64,000 nt of DNA, from the NCBI RefSeq assembly GCF_011745625.1, contig NW_027191452.1, positions 1,054,001 to 1,118,000 on the forward strand. The letters are read 5' to 3'. Positions 12,949-24,000 of the stretch are shown piece by piece (position 1 is the first letter of the stretch; the number at the start of each line of letters is the position of its first letter). The notes below the pieces were generated by a model that saw only the letters and a program-made list of their open reading frames with translations, was not told where the DNA came from and did no database searches. A program made the translations under genes and the position numbers. This stretch comes from Cladosporium halotolerans. Its lineage: Eukaryota.

Positions 12949-13913
12949 TGTTCCAGAGCTTGATCGAATTGAAAGGGGCTTGGGAGCTCTTTTGAGTTGT
13001 TCTGTTGTATGTATAACGTTGTCGATCAGACGATCAATGTGTTGTAGCAATATTGGGAGACGGAGCTCGTAGCTGGGAATTGGTTGGGAGTTTCAAGTCG
13101 GGAAATGAATCAAATCGATCAGACTGTGCAATGAGTAAGGAACTTGATTGAGTCACGAACGTATGGTTACAGCGGACAGTCAGCCTGTTGTAGGATCCAA
13201 AGTCGTATCATGGCTCTCCGACACGCTGCGAAGTCGGACGCAGCACGCCGGCATAGGCGGCCGTGGGGAGATCACGGGGAATGCAAGTCCGAGCGAGAGT
13301 ACGGAGTCGGGCTCTCGTGATGGGACACAGGTATCATGTATCATGCGCTGCGCTCGGTGTTGACTTACTACGCGGTCTTATAGCATGCAAGGACTGTGAT
13401 ACTCTCACCTCACACACGGCTGAGTCGTGGATGTCGCGATGCCTCCGCCGGCAGACTGGGCGGCTCTTGGCTGCTGGCTGCTGCTGGCTGCTGCGGGCTT
13501 TGGCCTCAGGCTGGCCGACCGACCATCACGCGCTGCACCGTCCAGCAGTGCGCATACCGCCCAGCACCACCACCAATCATAACGCCACTTGCGACCACGC
13601 CCTCGACGTGCCGGACGCACAGCAGAGTCGACAATACATTGTCGTTGCCTTGTGACCCTCCGCCTGCCTCGCCGGCCGTGTCGTGTGCCTCTCCTCCTCC
13701 CGGCGACAGGTGAGCCGGGCAGGCGTCAAGCTGGACTCCCGACGCCTCTATAGATCGTCCGTGGAAGACATCGAGCTTGCCGAACTCCCGCCGCCCGCGC
13801 TCCCACCACGCAATTATTACTCCCGCAGCGCGCGCACCGCAAACACCCTCCAGCCCGAGACCGAAGCCCGACTCCGGCGCAGGCACAAACTCTGTGCCCT
13901 TCTCGAGGCCGAC

Positions 13914-16604
13914 ATGAAGTTTTCCCACAGCATCCAGTTCAATGCCGTCCCGGACTGGTCCTCGAATTACATCAGCTACTCCAACCTGAAGAAGCTGATC
14001 TACCAGCTCGAGAAGCAGATCAACCAGCAGGGACACCCGGACGGCGCCCCCCATGATGCCGAGTCAAGTCCGCTGCTCGAGGGCACCGCGAGCTGGAAAG
14101 ATCCGGACACCCTGTTTGCGCGCAAGCTGGACGAGGAGCTGGAGAAGATCTGCTCCTTCTACCAGCTGAAGGAGCTTGAGATTTTCGGCGAGATCGATGC
14201 CCTGCTACAGGACGAGGAGGAGTTCGAGGCCGAACACGACGGTGAGGCGGTTGGGGAGACCGGTGCGAGAAAGCAGAGCGCTTGGACAAAAGCACGGCAG
14301 CAGAGTCTTTTCCGCAGCTTCACTTTCTCGAAGAAGAGACGTGGCTCGGCATTGAGCAGTAGGGAAGCTGCAATCCCCGAGGAATACGACAGCGAAGACG
14401 ATACAAACGAACACTCTGCTCTGCGCAGAACTCGTTCTGTGATAGACGGTCCTTCTTCGAAGAGGAGCAGGGATGCTCTCAGCGCTCCCGGTGATATTTC
14501 CGATAACAGGAGCTCGACCGATCTGAGGCGTAGACCTAGCACTGCTTTCAATGACTTCGGGGACGATGCCCTCCAAGCGTTGTACGACGAGGGCATTACC
14601 CTCAAAAAGCGGACTATCAACCTCTACGTCAGTGTTTGCGAACTTCGCTCGTTTATTCAGCTCAACGAGACAGGTTTCAACAAGGTGCTGAAGAAGTACG
14701 ACAAGACTCTGGACAGGGATCTCAAGTCGAAATGGATCAAGACGAACGTGAAGCCAGCGTATCCTTTCCTGCCCTCTACCATGGATCGTCTGGGTGAGAA
14801 CCTCGCGCGGGTTGAGAAGGCATATGCCGACGTTGTCACACGTGGCGACCTGGAACTTGCCCGGCGAGAGCTCCGCCTGCACCTTCGCGAACATGTCGTT
14901 TGGGAGCGCAACACGGTCTGGAGAGAGATGATTGGCATTGAGCGAAAGGCCCAGGCTGCAAACCTTGGTATTCGGGGAACAATGCTCGGACAGGACAGCG
15001 ACCCGAACAAGGCGCGCCTGCAAGGCGACAGCGAGGAGAGTGCCACTAAAGAGGTGCAAACTCCGGTGGGTCGCTATGTCTGCCCCAAGTTCCTCTTCAA
15101 TGGGACCTTTTGGGTTTTGGTCATGACCGTGGCGGTTTTTGCCGTATTGCTGGCGGTACCCATCATGGAACAGCCAGAGCAGCAAAATTGCCTTGCTTTG
15201 GTTATATTCGTGAGCTTGCTGTGGGCGACCGAGGTATGCCAACTTACCTCCATTCCTACGAAGACTTTGACACTGACTGTGATTAGGCTATTCCGCTATT
15301 CGTGACATCTCTCCTAGTCCCGTTCTTGGTAGTTGTCCTCCAAGTCGTGCGTCAAGATGACAAGCCTCATGCTCGTTTGACGTCGAAAGCTGCCGCCTCC
15401 TACATCTTCGCTGCTATGTGGACCCCGGTAATCATGCTTCTGCTTGGTGGCTTTACAATTGCCGCTGCACTAAGCAAGTACAACATTGCGAAGATGATGG
15501 CCACCTTCACTTTGAGCAAAGCGGGTACTAAACCGCGGACTGTGCTCCTCACCTGTATGGGCGTGGCAATGTTTGCGAGTATGTGGATCAGCAATGTTGC
15601 AGCACCAGTCCTTTGCTTCAGCATCATTCAAGTAAGTCGATTCTTCCCCAGCTCCATCGTACATCACTAACCTGCTCTAGCCCATCCTTCGCAACCTGCC
15701 GTCCGACTCAGACATGACAAAAGCTCTTCTCCTGGGCATCGCTCTCGCCAGCAACATCGGCGGTGCCGCCTCCCCCATCGCGTCTCCGCAAAACTTGATC
15801 GCGCTTCAGAATATGAACCCTGCACCAGGCTGGGGCATCTGGTTCTTCATTGCCCTCCCTGTCTGCATTGTTTCCATTATCCTTATCTGGATTCTGCTGC
15901 TGGTCACTTTCCGTCCAGGTCGCAACACCACCATCGTTCCCATCAGGCCCATGAAAGACCGCTTTACTGGAATTCAATGGTTTATCACAGTCGTGACTTT
16001 GCTCACCATCGTTCTGTGGTGCGTCAGCCACCAGCTTGAAGGTATCTTCGGCGACATGGGCGTTGTGGCCATCATTCCAATTGTTCTCTTTTTCGGCACC
16101 GGCATTCTCACTAAAGAAGACTTCAACAACTTCCTCTGGACTATCATCATTCTCGCCGCTGGTGGCCTCGCCCTTGGCAAGGCCGTCAACTCCTCCGGCC
16201 TCCTGCACACCATCGCCACGGCAATCACGGACCGCGTCTCGCACCTTTCGCTGTACGCTGTCATGTGCGTCTTCGCCGGTCTCATCGGCGTCGTCGCGAC
16301 GTTCATCTCGCACACCGTCGCCGCTCTCATCGTCCTCCCTCTGGTCCAGCAGGTCGGCGCCGGAATGGCGGAGCCCCACCCCAACTTGCTGGTCATGGCC
16401 AGCGTCCTGATGGCCTCCGCTGCCATGGGCCTGCCCACATCTGGCTTCCCCAATATGACCGCCATCATGATGGAAGACCCGCAGACGGGCCAGAGGTATC
16501 TGCAGGTCAGGCACTTCATCACTAGAGGTATCCCTGCGAGTGTTGTCGCGTATGGCATTATTGTTACGGTTGGCTATGGACTTATGAGGGCTGTCGGATT
16601 TTGA
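13914..16604 (+). CDS. PHO91: SPX-domain low-affinity phosphate transporter (Pho87/Pho90/Pho91 family)
   Basis: MKFSHSIQFNAVPDW..YSNLKKLIY SPX start, LNETGFNKVLKKYDK, SLC13-type SNVAA and GFPN motifs; two introns near 15234 and 15632. Confidence 0.9.
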
Positions 16605-16861
16605 TCTGAGCATGTTAGAGTTGAGATTCATCTATCTTGACAGAGATTTGAGCATTGCGAGATTAGCATTGGAAGATATTCAGAAATAGAACATTTCTGA
16701 TACAGCACTGATCTTGTTCGGCAGTAAATTCTTTCTATAGTCTACAAACGCCCAACAAGACTTCCTCCCAACTGTGGTCATTCACAACGTCGCCTTGCCG
16801 TCATACCATCCTCGAGGTATCCCTCCTATGACTGTCCACTCTAGGTGGACCTGATCATTCG

Positions 16862-17746
16862 TCACTTGCCGTTGTACTCCCTCTCCCACCTCTCCTCGGA
16901 CATGTTAGCGACTCTGCCACCCTCATTCGCCTTCCACTTCCTTGCGTCGTTCTCCTTGTGGTACTGAAGATACGCCGACAGCTTGCCCACCGGCGAGCCC
17001 TCGCTAGCGAAGATTTCCGGGCGGTCAGCCATGAAAGCACTTAGCTCCTCAGACATCTTCGCACCAGCCACCTCGCGGTCGACCCTGTGCTTGGCGATCA
17101 ACCCAGCGCTGTCAATAGCACCGCCCTCCGCTCCCAGCTCAGTCGTCACAACCGCCTCAAGCTCCAGCTCCCCAACCCGATGGAAGAAATACACCGGCCT
17201 CTCGCCATCCCTCCCCTCCAACGCAGTCGTGATCGTATCTAACACCAGCGTCATCTCCCCTCCCTCCTCCCGCTCGACCCCCCAGCTCGCCCGCTCCGCC
17301 ACAAACCCCATCTGGAACTTGAGGTCGAACACCGACTCGCCCACGCCCGCCTCGCTCAGCACGCTCTCCACCGCTTCCCGGCCCTGTACCTCGACGGACT
17401 GCGAGGCGACATAGTCGCCGCTCTGCTTGATCTTGGCTTCCCAGACGCCTTGGGATTGTGAGGCGCTGCTGTTGTCGTCCGCGGGCTCAGTCTTGCGCCA
17501 GCGGACCCAGATGCCGCGGCGCTGGAGCTGGGAGGCGCGGTCGAAGTACTTGTCCGTGATGAGCTTGCGCGGTTGGCGGGTTAGGGTGGTGCGTGGGAGG
17601 GTGATGGCTTGCGCGGGGGAGTTCGATTTGGATTTGGGGCTGGAGGAGGAGGATGAGATGTATTGCTGCAGGAGGGCGGTGGGGAGGAATTTGCGCTCGA
17701 CTTCGAGGGTGGATTTTAGGGGTTTGATGAAGGAGAGGGGCTGCAT
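16862..17746 (-). CDS. CYTH/TTM-fold triphosphatase (thiamine triphosphatase-like)
   Basis: ExExK signature EVERKF, DKYFD, IWVRWR, WEAK, VGELELE, GKLSAY. TATATAAA lies about 120 nt upstream of the ATG at 17746. Confidence 0.75.
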   Translation of the reverse strand: MQPLSFIKPLKSTLEVERKFLPTALLQQYISSSSSSPKSKSNSPAQAITLPRTTLTRQPRKLITDKYFDRASQLQRRGIWVRWRKTEPADDNSSASQSQGVWEAKIKQSGDYVASQSVEVQGREAVESVLSEAGVGESVFDLKFQMGFVAERASWGVEREEGGEMTLVLDTITTALEGRDGERPVYFFHRVGELELEAVVTTELGAEGGAIDSAGLIAKHRVDREVAGAKMSEELSAFMADRPEIFASEGSPVGKLSAYLQYHKENDARKWKANEGGRVANMSEERWEREYNGK

Positions 17747-18096
17747 TTTGGTGGTGGGGGTTCTTTGTTGTTGTTTGTGTGGTTGGTTTGGTGGGTGAGG
17801 AGATCGGATCGGCGAAGGTCGTGTTTGTGGTGTCGTGGTTGTTGTTCGCCGTTGTTGCGGGGAGTGTTTATATAGTGCGGTGTTGGACAGTGAAAGTGTT
17901 GTACAGTGAAATGGATCAGGCAATGGCATATCGAGCTACGTTGTTGATCGTTATAGAATCAGTGAAGCAGGTAGGTGGACTACACGAAATGGCACGCGCC
18001 AAGATTCACTTTCACCGCATACATGCAGATAGTACCGGTCAATTGCATCATCAAAGAAGTATGTGATTGTCCAAAACAGTAGTCATCAGATTTCCG

Positions 18097-19650
18097 TCAC
18101 TGACCTCCTCCACCGGACAGACTATCTAAAGCCGTCCCAATGCCGGAGAGAACCGCCGTCGGATTCAAGGTCAGCAGACCAATACCCGAAGTGGCCACAC
18201 CGGCAAACAGGCTGATCAGCGGCATCAACGATGACTCCTTTTTGCCCGGTGGGGTCTGATGTAACTGCATCATCTGAGCCTGGATGGCCTGTGCGTGCTG
18301 CTGCTGTTGCTGTCTCTCGAAAGCAAACCGCTCCTCCATCTGTTGTTGCATCCTGTCCAACTTTTCTTTATCCTGTTTAGCGCGTTCAGCTTCCGTCGTC
18401 TTTTGTTCCTTCAAGAACTCTTGCATGCGCTCTTCAGCCTCTTGTCCTTGGCGCTTGAACATCTCTCGCTCCTTTTGAAGTTGCTCTTCGAGCTGTTGTT
18501 CCTTTTTCTCTTGCTCTTCTTGTTGACGGTTCAACTCGACCTGTCGGGCAAGGTGCTCGGCCATTCTCTGACGATCCCCCTCCTCCAGCGCCTGCACCAT
18601 CTTTGCGTACTCGGCAGTCTTCTCTTCGCAGAGCTTCTCGAAAGTGATCTTGAGGTTCTCTTGTGCCTCGCCAGCTCTCTGCAGCTTTTTCTCAAGGTCG
18701 TCGCGTTGCTGTTGCAAGACCTCGGCGAGTTGCAAGTCCCGTTCCTTCAAAGCCTCGTCGTACGACGATTGCAAATCGGAGATCTGCTCCTCGAACTTCT
18801 TCTTGGCGAGCGAGAGTTCCTTCTCGACTTCCTGACCGGCCGCAGTGTCTTCGAGAGATTTCTTATCGTCGATCATTTCCTTCTGGATGTCGAGGGTGAC
18901 AGGGCCCTCTTGAGCCCGACGCTCGATGAGACGCTCGACGATGGCCAGAGCGCACTCTTTGGTCCCGTCGTGACGCACGACGGTGCTTCCTCGCTCCTGC
19001 ATGAGGCCCCACCAGTCCCTGCGCGTCGTCAACTCTGTCTCCCTTGCCACGCCGGTGTCGTAGGTCAGAGTGGGCGTGTTAAGGTTGGACCAGAAGTTCG
19101 TGACGAGCGAGACATGTTTCATGGCATCTTCGCCGCAGAGCTTTTTGAACATCATCAAGTTCCTGAGGCTCGAGCCGCTCATGCGGTCATCGGTAATGCG
19201 ATGAAGGTAGATGATTCCGCTGAGCTGGACGGTAGTCTTGTAGGCCTCGCCCAACCAGAAAGCAAGCTGTTTGAGGACATCGGTATCTGAGATTGTAAGC
19301 AAGACTCGTCTGAAATGTGCTGGCAACTTTCATACCTGTTCTGTGGGTGTCATCGAAGCCAGGGGTATCGATCAAATATACTCGTCGAGTGTTCTTGTAG
19401 ATGAAAGAATGGACCTCAACATCGGCAGTGCCTGAAATTGTTCAGTATGCGAGTCCACGGAGATGATAGTAACAAACCTACACGAGCTCAGTTCGTGACC
19501 AATTTGGACGAAATCCTCGGACAAAAGCGAGATAAAAGTGCTTTTGCCAGAACCGGTGATTCCCATAAGTGCAATGAGAACATCATTTTTGCTAAACTGA
19601 CTCAACTTCTTCACCCCGCCGTCGACCCTTTTCTCCTCTTCGACTGCCAT
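18097..19650 (-). CDS. AIG1/GIMAP-like P-loop GTPase A with long coiled coil and hydrophobic C-terminus
   Basis: G1 GITGSGKS, G3 DTPGFDD, GIIYLHRITDDRM, VTNFW. Introns 19432-19481 and 19287-19335 join three ORF-track pieces in frame. Confidence 0.85.
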
Positions 19651-20740
19651 GATGAGATTAGGCGGTAGTATCCAAACTATGAATATGGCGTTGGAGTTGC
19701 TGGTTGATGGTTCGGCAAGAGGTATCAGTCGTAGGTAACTCTAAGGTATACTCACTAAGACTATCTGTGGCCACCATCAGTCGCCGGATGGTCGCATGAT
19801 ACCAGCAACTCAGCCTCGCTTCAGCCCCAACGCCATGATTGGCCCCATGTCGCACAACAGGCGTAGGATGGAGGCACAGGAGGAGATGTCTCCGCCCGGG
19901 GTCACCGGATTGAGCCATTTCACAGGCGTTTATCGCCGTGTGATGCCGCCATCGGCGTCTGGCTATCGAAATTATGCAGGCCCGTCAGGGGGCACTCCGC
20001 CATGCATGCCGCCGTGTAAGAGAGGCTGCGTGCCTCAGGTCGAGACCGGCAACTTCCTTGACTTTGCTCTCATGACACTTATCGTGCTTGCAGATTCCGC
20101 ACCCTCAGATGATATCTGACGCCGATGTTTGTTCAGCTCGATTGCCGATCGAGTGGGACAGTTCGTAAGCTGCGTGGATTGAAGGGCGTCGGAGGATGTT
20201 GTGAAGCGCCGTGCTCGGCAACCAACTCCAAAAAGGGCCGGGTGGCGCACGCTGACCTCTCCCTTTGGGGCATCGCTTCGAACAAGCGACAGCGCATCAC
20301 CAACGGTCATCGAGTTGTGTTTCGACGACGAGCTGTGCGAAAACACAGGCCATGAATATGTCATTCAGCTGCGCCCGGAACGACACCGATAGTGGCGCCA
20401 GAGACAGTGGCTCCATGGCGTGAGGCAAGTTATAGCATCTGCATTATGGGCCCAAAACAGACGCCTGTCGGAATCGCCGGCGACCCTATGGCGCCCTCAT
20501 GCAGGCAGAGAGAGTGGCTTGGGGCCATGTGCCTGAAGCGTTCGGGAATATGCAGGCCGGCATAGTGCTCTCAGGTAAGGCGAAAACCAACACCGGCTGC
20601 ATCCCCGATATGTACAAAGAAGCTCTAAATCGTGGCTCAATCCTCTCAAGACTGCTGTGCGCACGCGAGACCTCTTCAATAACGCTATGGTGCGATACGG
20701 CTTTACACGCTTGAAAGATCGTTTGGTTGACAGCGACACG

Positions 20741-23056
20741 ATGAGTAACGGTGCCATGGAGCCAGTTGCGCAAACTACCGGTGGTTCAGAAAAGACACAG
20801 GAGCCAAAGCAGCAAGTGGATCAACGCGCATTCAGAGATGGTTACGAGCCAGCAGAAGGCGACGTGTTTATCGCCGTTCTTGGAGTAACTGGAGCCGGCA
20901 AAAGTACCTTCATCTCGAAATGCACGGAGAAAGAAGTGAGCATAGGGCACAACCTACAAGCGTGTACGCAAGAGGTCGGAGTTTTTCTCTGCAAATCTCG
21001 AGACTTCAACATTTACCTTGTCGATACGCCTGGCTTTGACGACACTGATCGATCGGACACGGAGGTAAGGTGGTAGCGATTTCTTCAACATGGATGTATC
21101 GTCAAACACGATTCGCTTTCCTCGTGTGGAATTTGTCGGGAGTGTTTGAGTCAGCCCATCGCTGACCTGTTCATGTCTTTAAGGTTCTCAAGGAGATCGC
21201 ATCCTGGCTTACTGCATCCTACTCAAACTCCATCAAACTCCATGGCATTATCTATCTTCACCGGATCACAGATCCCCGCATGCAAGGCTCCGGCATGCGT
21301 AATTTGCACATGTTCAAACGCCTTTGTGGTGACCAGAATCTGGCAAACGTCGTGATGGCGACCTGCCAATGGGAACGAGTCCTGGAAGCAGATGGCGTCG
21401 AACGCGAAAGACAGCTCAAGGAAACGCACAACTTCTGGGGCTATATGGTTGAACGTGGCAGTAAGATCCATCGTCATTACAACAATCGCGAATCCGCCCT
21501 TCGATTGATCGACAGCTTGGTCAGTGGCAACACCGCCAGACCAAAGATTGTTCTCGATATCCAGGCGCAGATGGTAGATGAGGGCAAAGATCTCGCCGAC
21601 ACAGCAGCTGGTCAAGCAGTTGACGATGCGATCGCCAAAGAGCGGCAGCGTTTCGCCAAACAAATTGCTGAATCGCAAGCTGATCTGAGGGAGGCTCTCG
21701 CTTCTCGGGACCGCGAGACTGCCGATATCCTAAGGCAGCACCAAGATGAAATGAATGAACGCGTCCGTAAGCTCGACAAAGAACACTCGGCTTTGCAAGT
21801 CAGTCTGGAACGATTGCAAGAAGAGCGCTTTGCGAAAATGAAGAAAGCCTTGGAAGATGCTGAGAAGGTCAGCGCCGAGGCCAGGCAGATGATGGAAATG
21901 GCGAAAAAAGAGCAGGCACAAAACAAGAAAGCCTTGTTGGACCAGATCAGGGCCAAGGACGCTGCAGAGGCAAAGCACAAGAAGGAAATGGCCGAGCTGC
22001 AGGCCAAAGTTGAGGCGCTGCAAACCCCGAGTGCGAAACCGGCAGAGAAGCCGAAGGAATATGCGATAGCCCTTTTCGATTTCTCAGGCGAGACACTAGG
22101 CGACCTTGCCTTCAAGAAAGGCGACCGCATTCGCATCATCACAAAAAGTGAGAACGTGAATGAATGGTGGACTGGCGAATTACATGGAAAGATCGGACTT
22201 TTCCCTGCAAACTACACAACAATCGACACAGATGAACCGCCGCCGACCCCGACGAAAGCTGGCTCCGTGTCTTCACAAAAGTCACGAGTGAGGTCACCTC
22301 CGGGCATCAACAGCCTCATACTCTGGCCGTGCAGTCTCAGCCTATGGGCGGAGAAGTTCTTCTTCGTTGCCTACACTTCAGACCTGTATGGGAACTTACC
22401 AAAAGACTTCCCCATTGATCGCAAAGCCGATAACAACGGCAACCGTTGCATTATCTTCGGGGAAGGCGATTCATACTACATACACTACCATGACGCTCTC
22501 ATGCAGTGCTGGACGCAGCGGAGCGACGACTTCCTCAAACACTACCCGGAAGCTGAGAAGTACCTTACAGCGTATGAGCAGTTTGGCTGTCCACAATGCG
22601 TGTCTCTCGGTAGCAACTCCCAGTACTTCATCAGGACGGCGTGGGGCGCTTCATACAACATTCCCAAAGACGCTGAGACTTATCTCGGCAACATGGCGCT
22701 GGTAGAGAACTTCTGGTTCGGCAAGAATGGTGCTTGGGTGGCGACGAAGTATGACGGTAGTAGGTGCTGGGATCTCAAGGGACAGTATCCTGGACTCATT
22801 GAAAGGATCAGGACTGGCATAAATGGGGAGACAAGGATCTCGGTGAGTATTTATCGAACGAAGATGTCGACAGGCCAAGCTGACAACTAACTTCATCAAG
22901 ACACTCGCGATGAATCCCAAAGACGATACTCAATGGGTTCTGCTTTGGAAGAACGGACTGGCCGCATACAACATCGGCACACAATACCCTATCGATTCTT
23001 TCGAGATCGAAGAATTTTTCACCAAGAATTTTGGTTGCACGTGGGCTAATAAGTGA
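20741..23056 (+). CDS. AIG1/GIMAP-like P-loop GTPase B fused to coiled coil, SH3 and a C-terminal repeat domain
   Basis: G1 GVTGAGKS, G3 DTPGFDD, GIIYLHRITDPRM; SH3 ALFDF..LAFKKGD..WW.G..GLFPANY. Introns 21065-21183 and 22843-22900; last exon ends ...GCTWANK*. Confidence 0.85.
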
Positions 23057-23599
23057 GTGACTGAAGGGTGCTATTGTTCGCCGGGCTGATGCTGTCGACC
23101 TCGGAGGGATTTGTAGTTGCTTTGAAACGCTTCTGAATGACTATCGGATAACGAAAAACGTGTATGTCACAAATGACCTTTCTGCTGCCCTGCTGAGCAT
23201 GATGGTGTGGACCAACGTCCTGATGATGCGTGAAGGATCGATGAGAATTTTCCGGTAATTTTCGAATGCATTGTGACAAATAACGGGTCATCATCGTATT
23301 GTTGCACTGTCGAGTCGGAAATCTTGAGAGTTTGAATTGAGGCATCTTTTGGCCGCTTCTAGCCTGTAGACTATAAGCGGATTAGCGCGACGGTGCATCC
23401 CGCGGATGCCCACGGATAGATCCTACCTCACAAATATGTCCTTCGTGCCCACAAACTTCACGAGTGATAACCTCGGCTTTCAATCGAACATTGGTAAGAG
23501 TCTGCGTCTTTGAGCGCGTTCATCTTAGGGCTGTTCTACACATCAGTATAAACAAGTTGCCATCAGAAGTACAAGAACAGCTCCAAGAGGATCTTAAAA

Positions 23600-23833
23600 A
23601 TGTGCATGAAACAGATCTGCCCCACTTGCTGTAGGCTCTCACCCATCCATCATGGTCCAGCACCCCTAAAAGAAACCCGCTAACGCGTCACAGCCAAGCA
23701 ATCCTGGTTCGGATGCGGTGCCCATATCCCTAGGGTTATGGACTCTATCCCGCAGGGAGAGTGGTGCCAGTGTGCACCCAAAGTCACCGTTGATGGAAAG
23801 GAATACCCGCCTAAAGCTGGAACTGCAAGCTAG
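23600..23833 (+). CDS. 56-aa Cys/His-rich microprotein (spliced, absent from the ORF track)
   Basis: Exons 23600-23630 and 23694-23833, with intron GTAGGC..GCTAAC..CAG. Product MCMKQICPTCSKQSWFGCGAHIPRVMDSIPQGEWCQCAPKVTVDGKEYPPKAGTAS; ATG in AAAAATG context. Confidence 0.8.
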
Positions 23834-24000
23834 ATGACGAACGGTACGCCTCTTCATGCAACACGGCTTTTCTTTTGCTAAATCACCCTTTCCAGAACAT
23901 CACCTAAACATACATTCAGCTTGAAAATGCAGTCGACATCTGTGCTCTCAGTTACTCCTTGCGTGTCCTCGTATTGGCTTCATCAACAGCTCGGTTATCC

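Noticed and set aside
17747..17929. Upstream ATG extension of the CYTH ORF
   Set aside because: It spans a TATATAAA box and a CA-rich 5' UTR-like tract, so the ATG at 17746 is the more plausible start.
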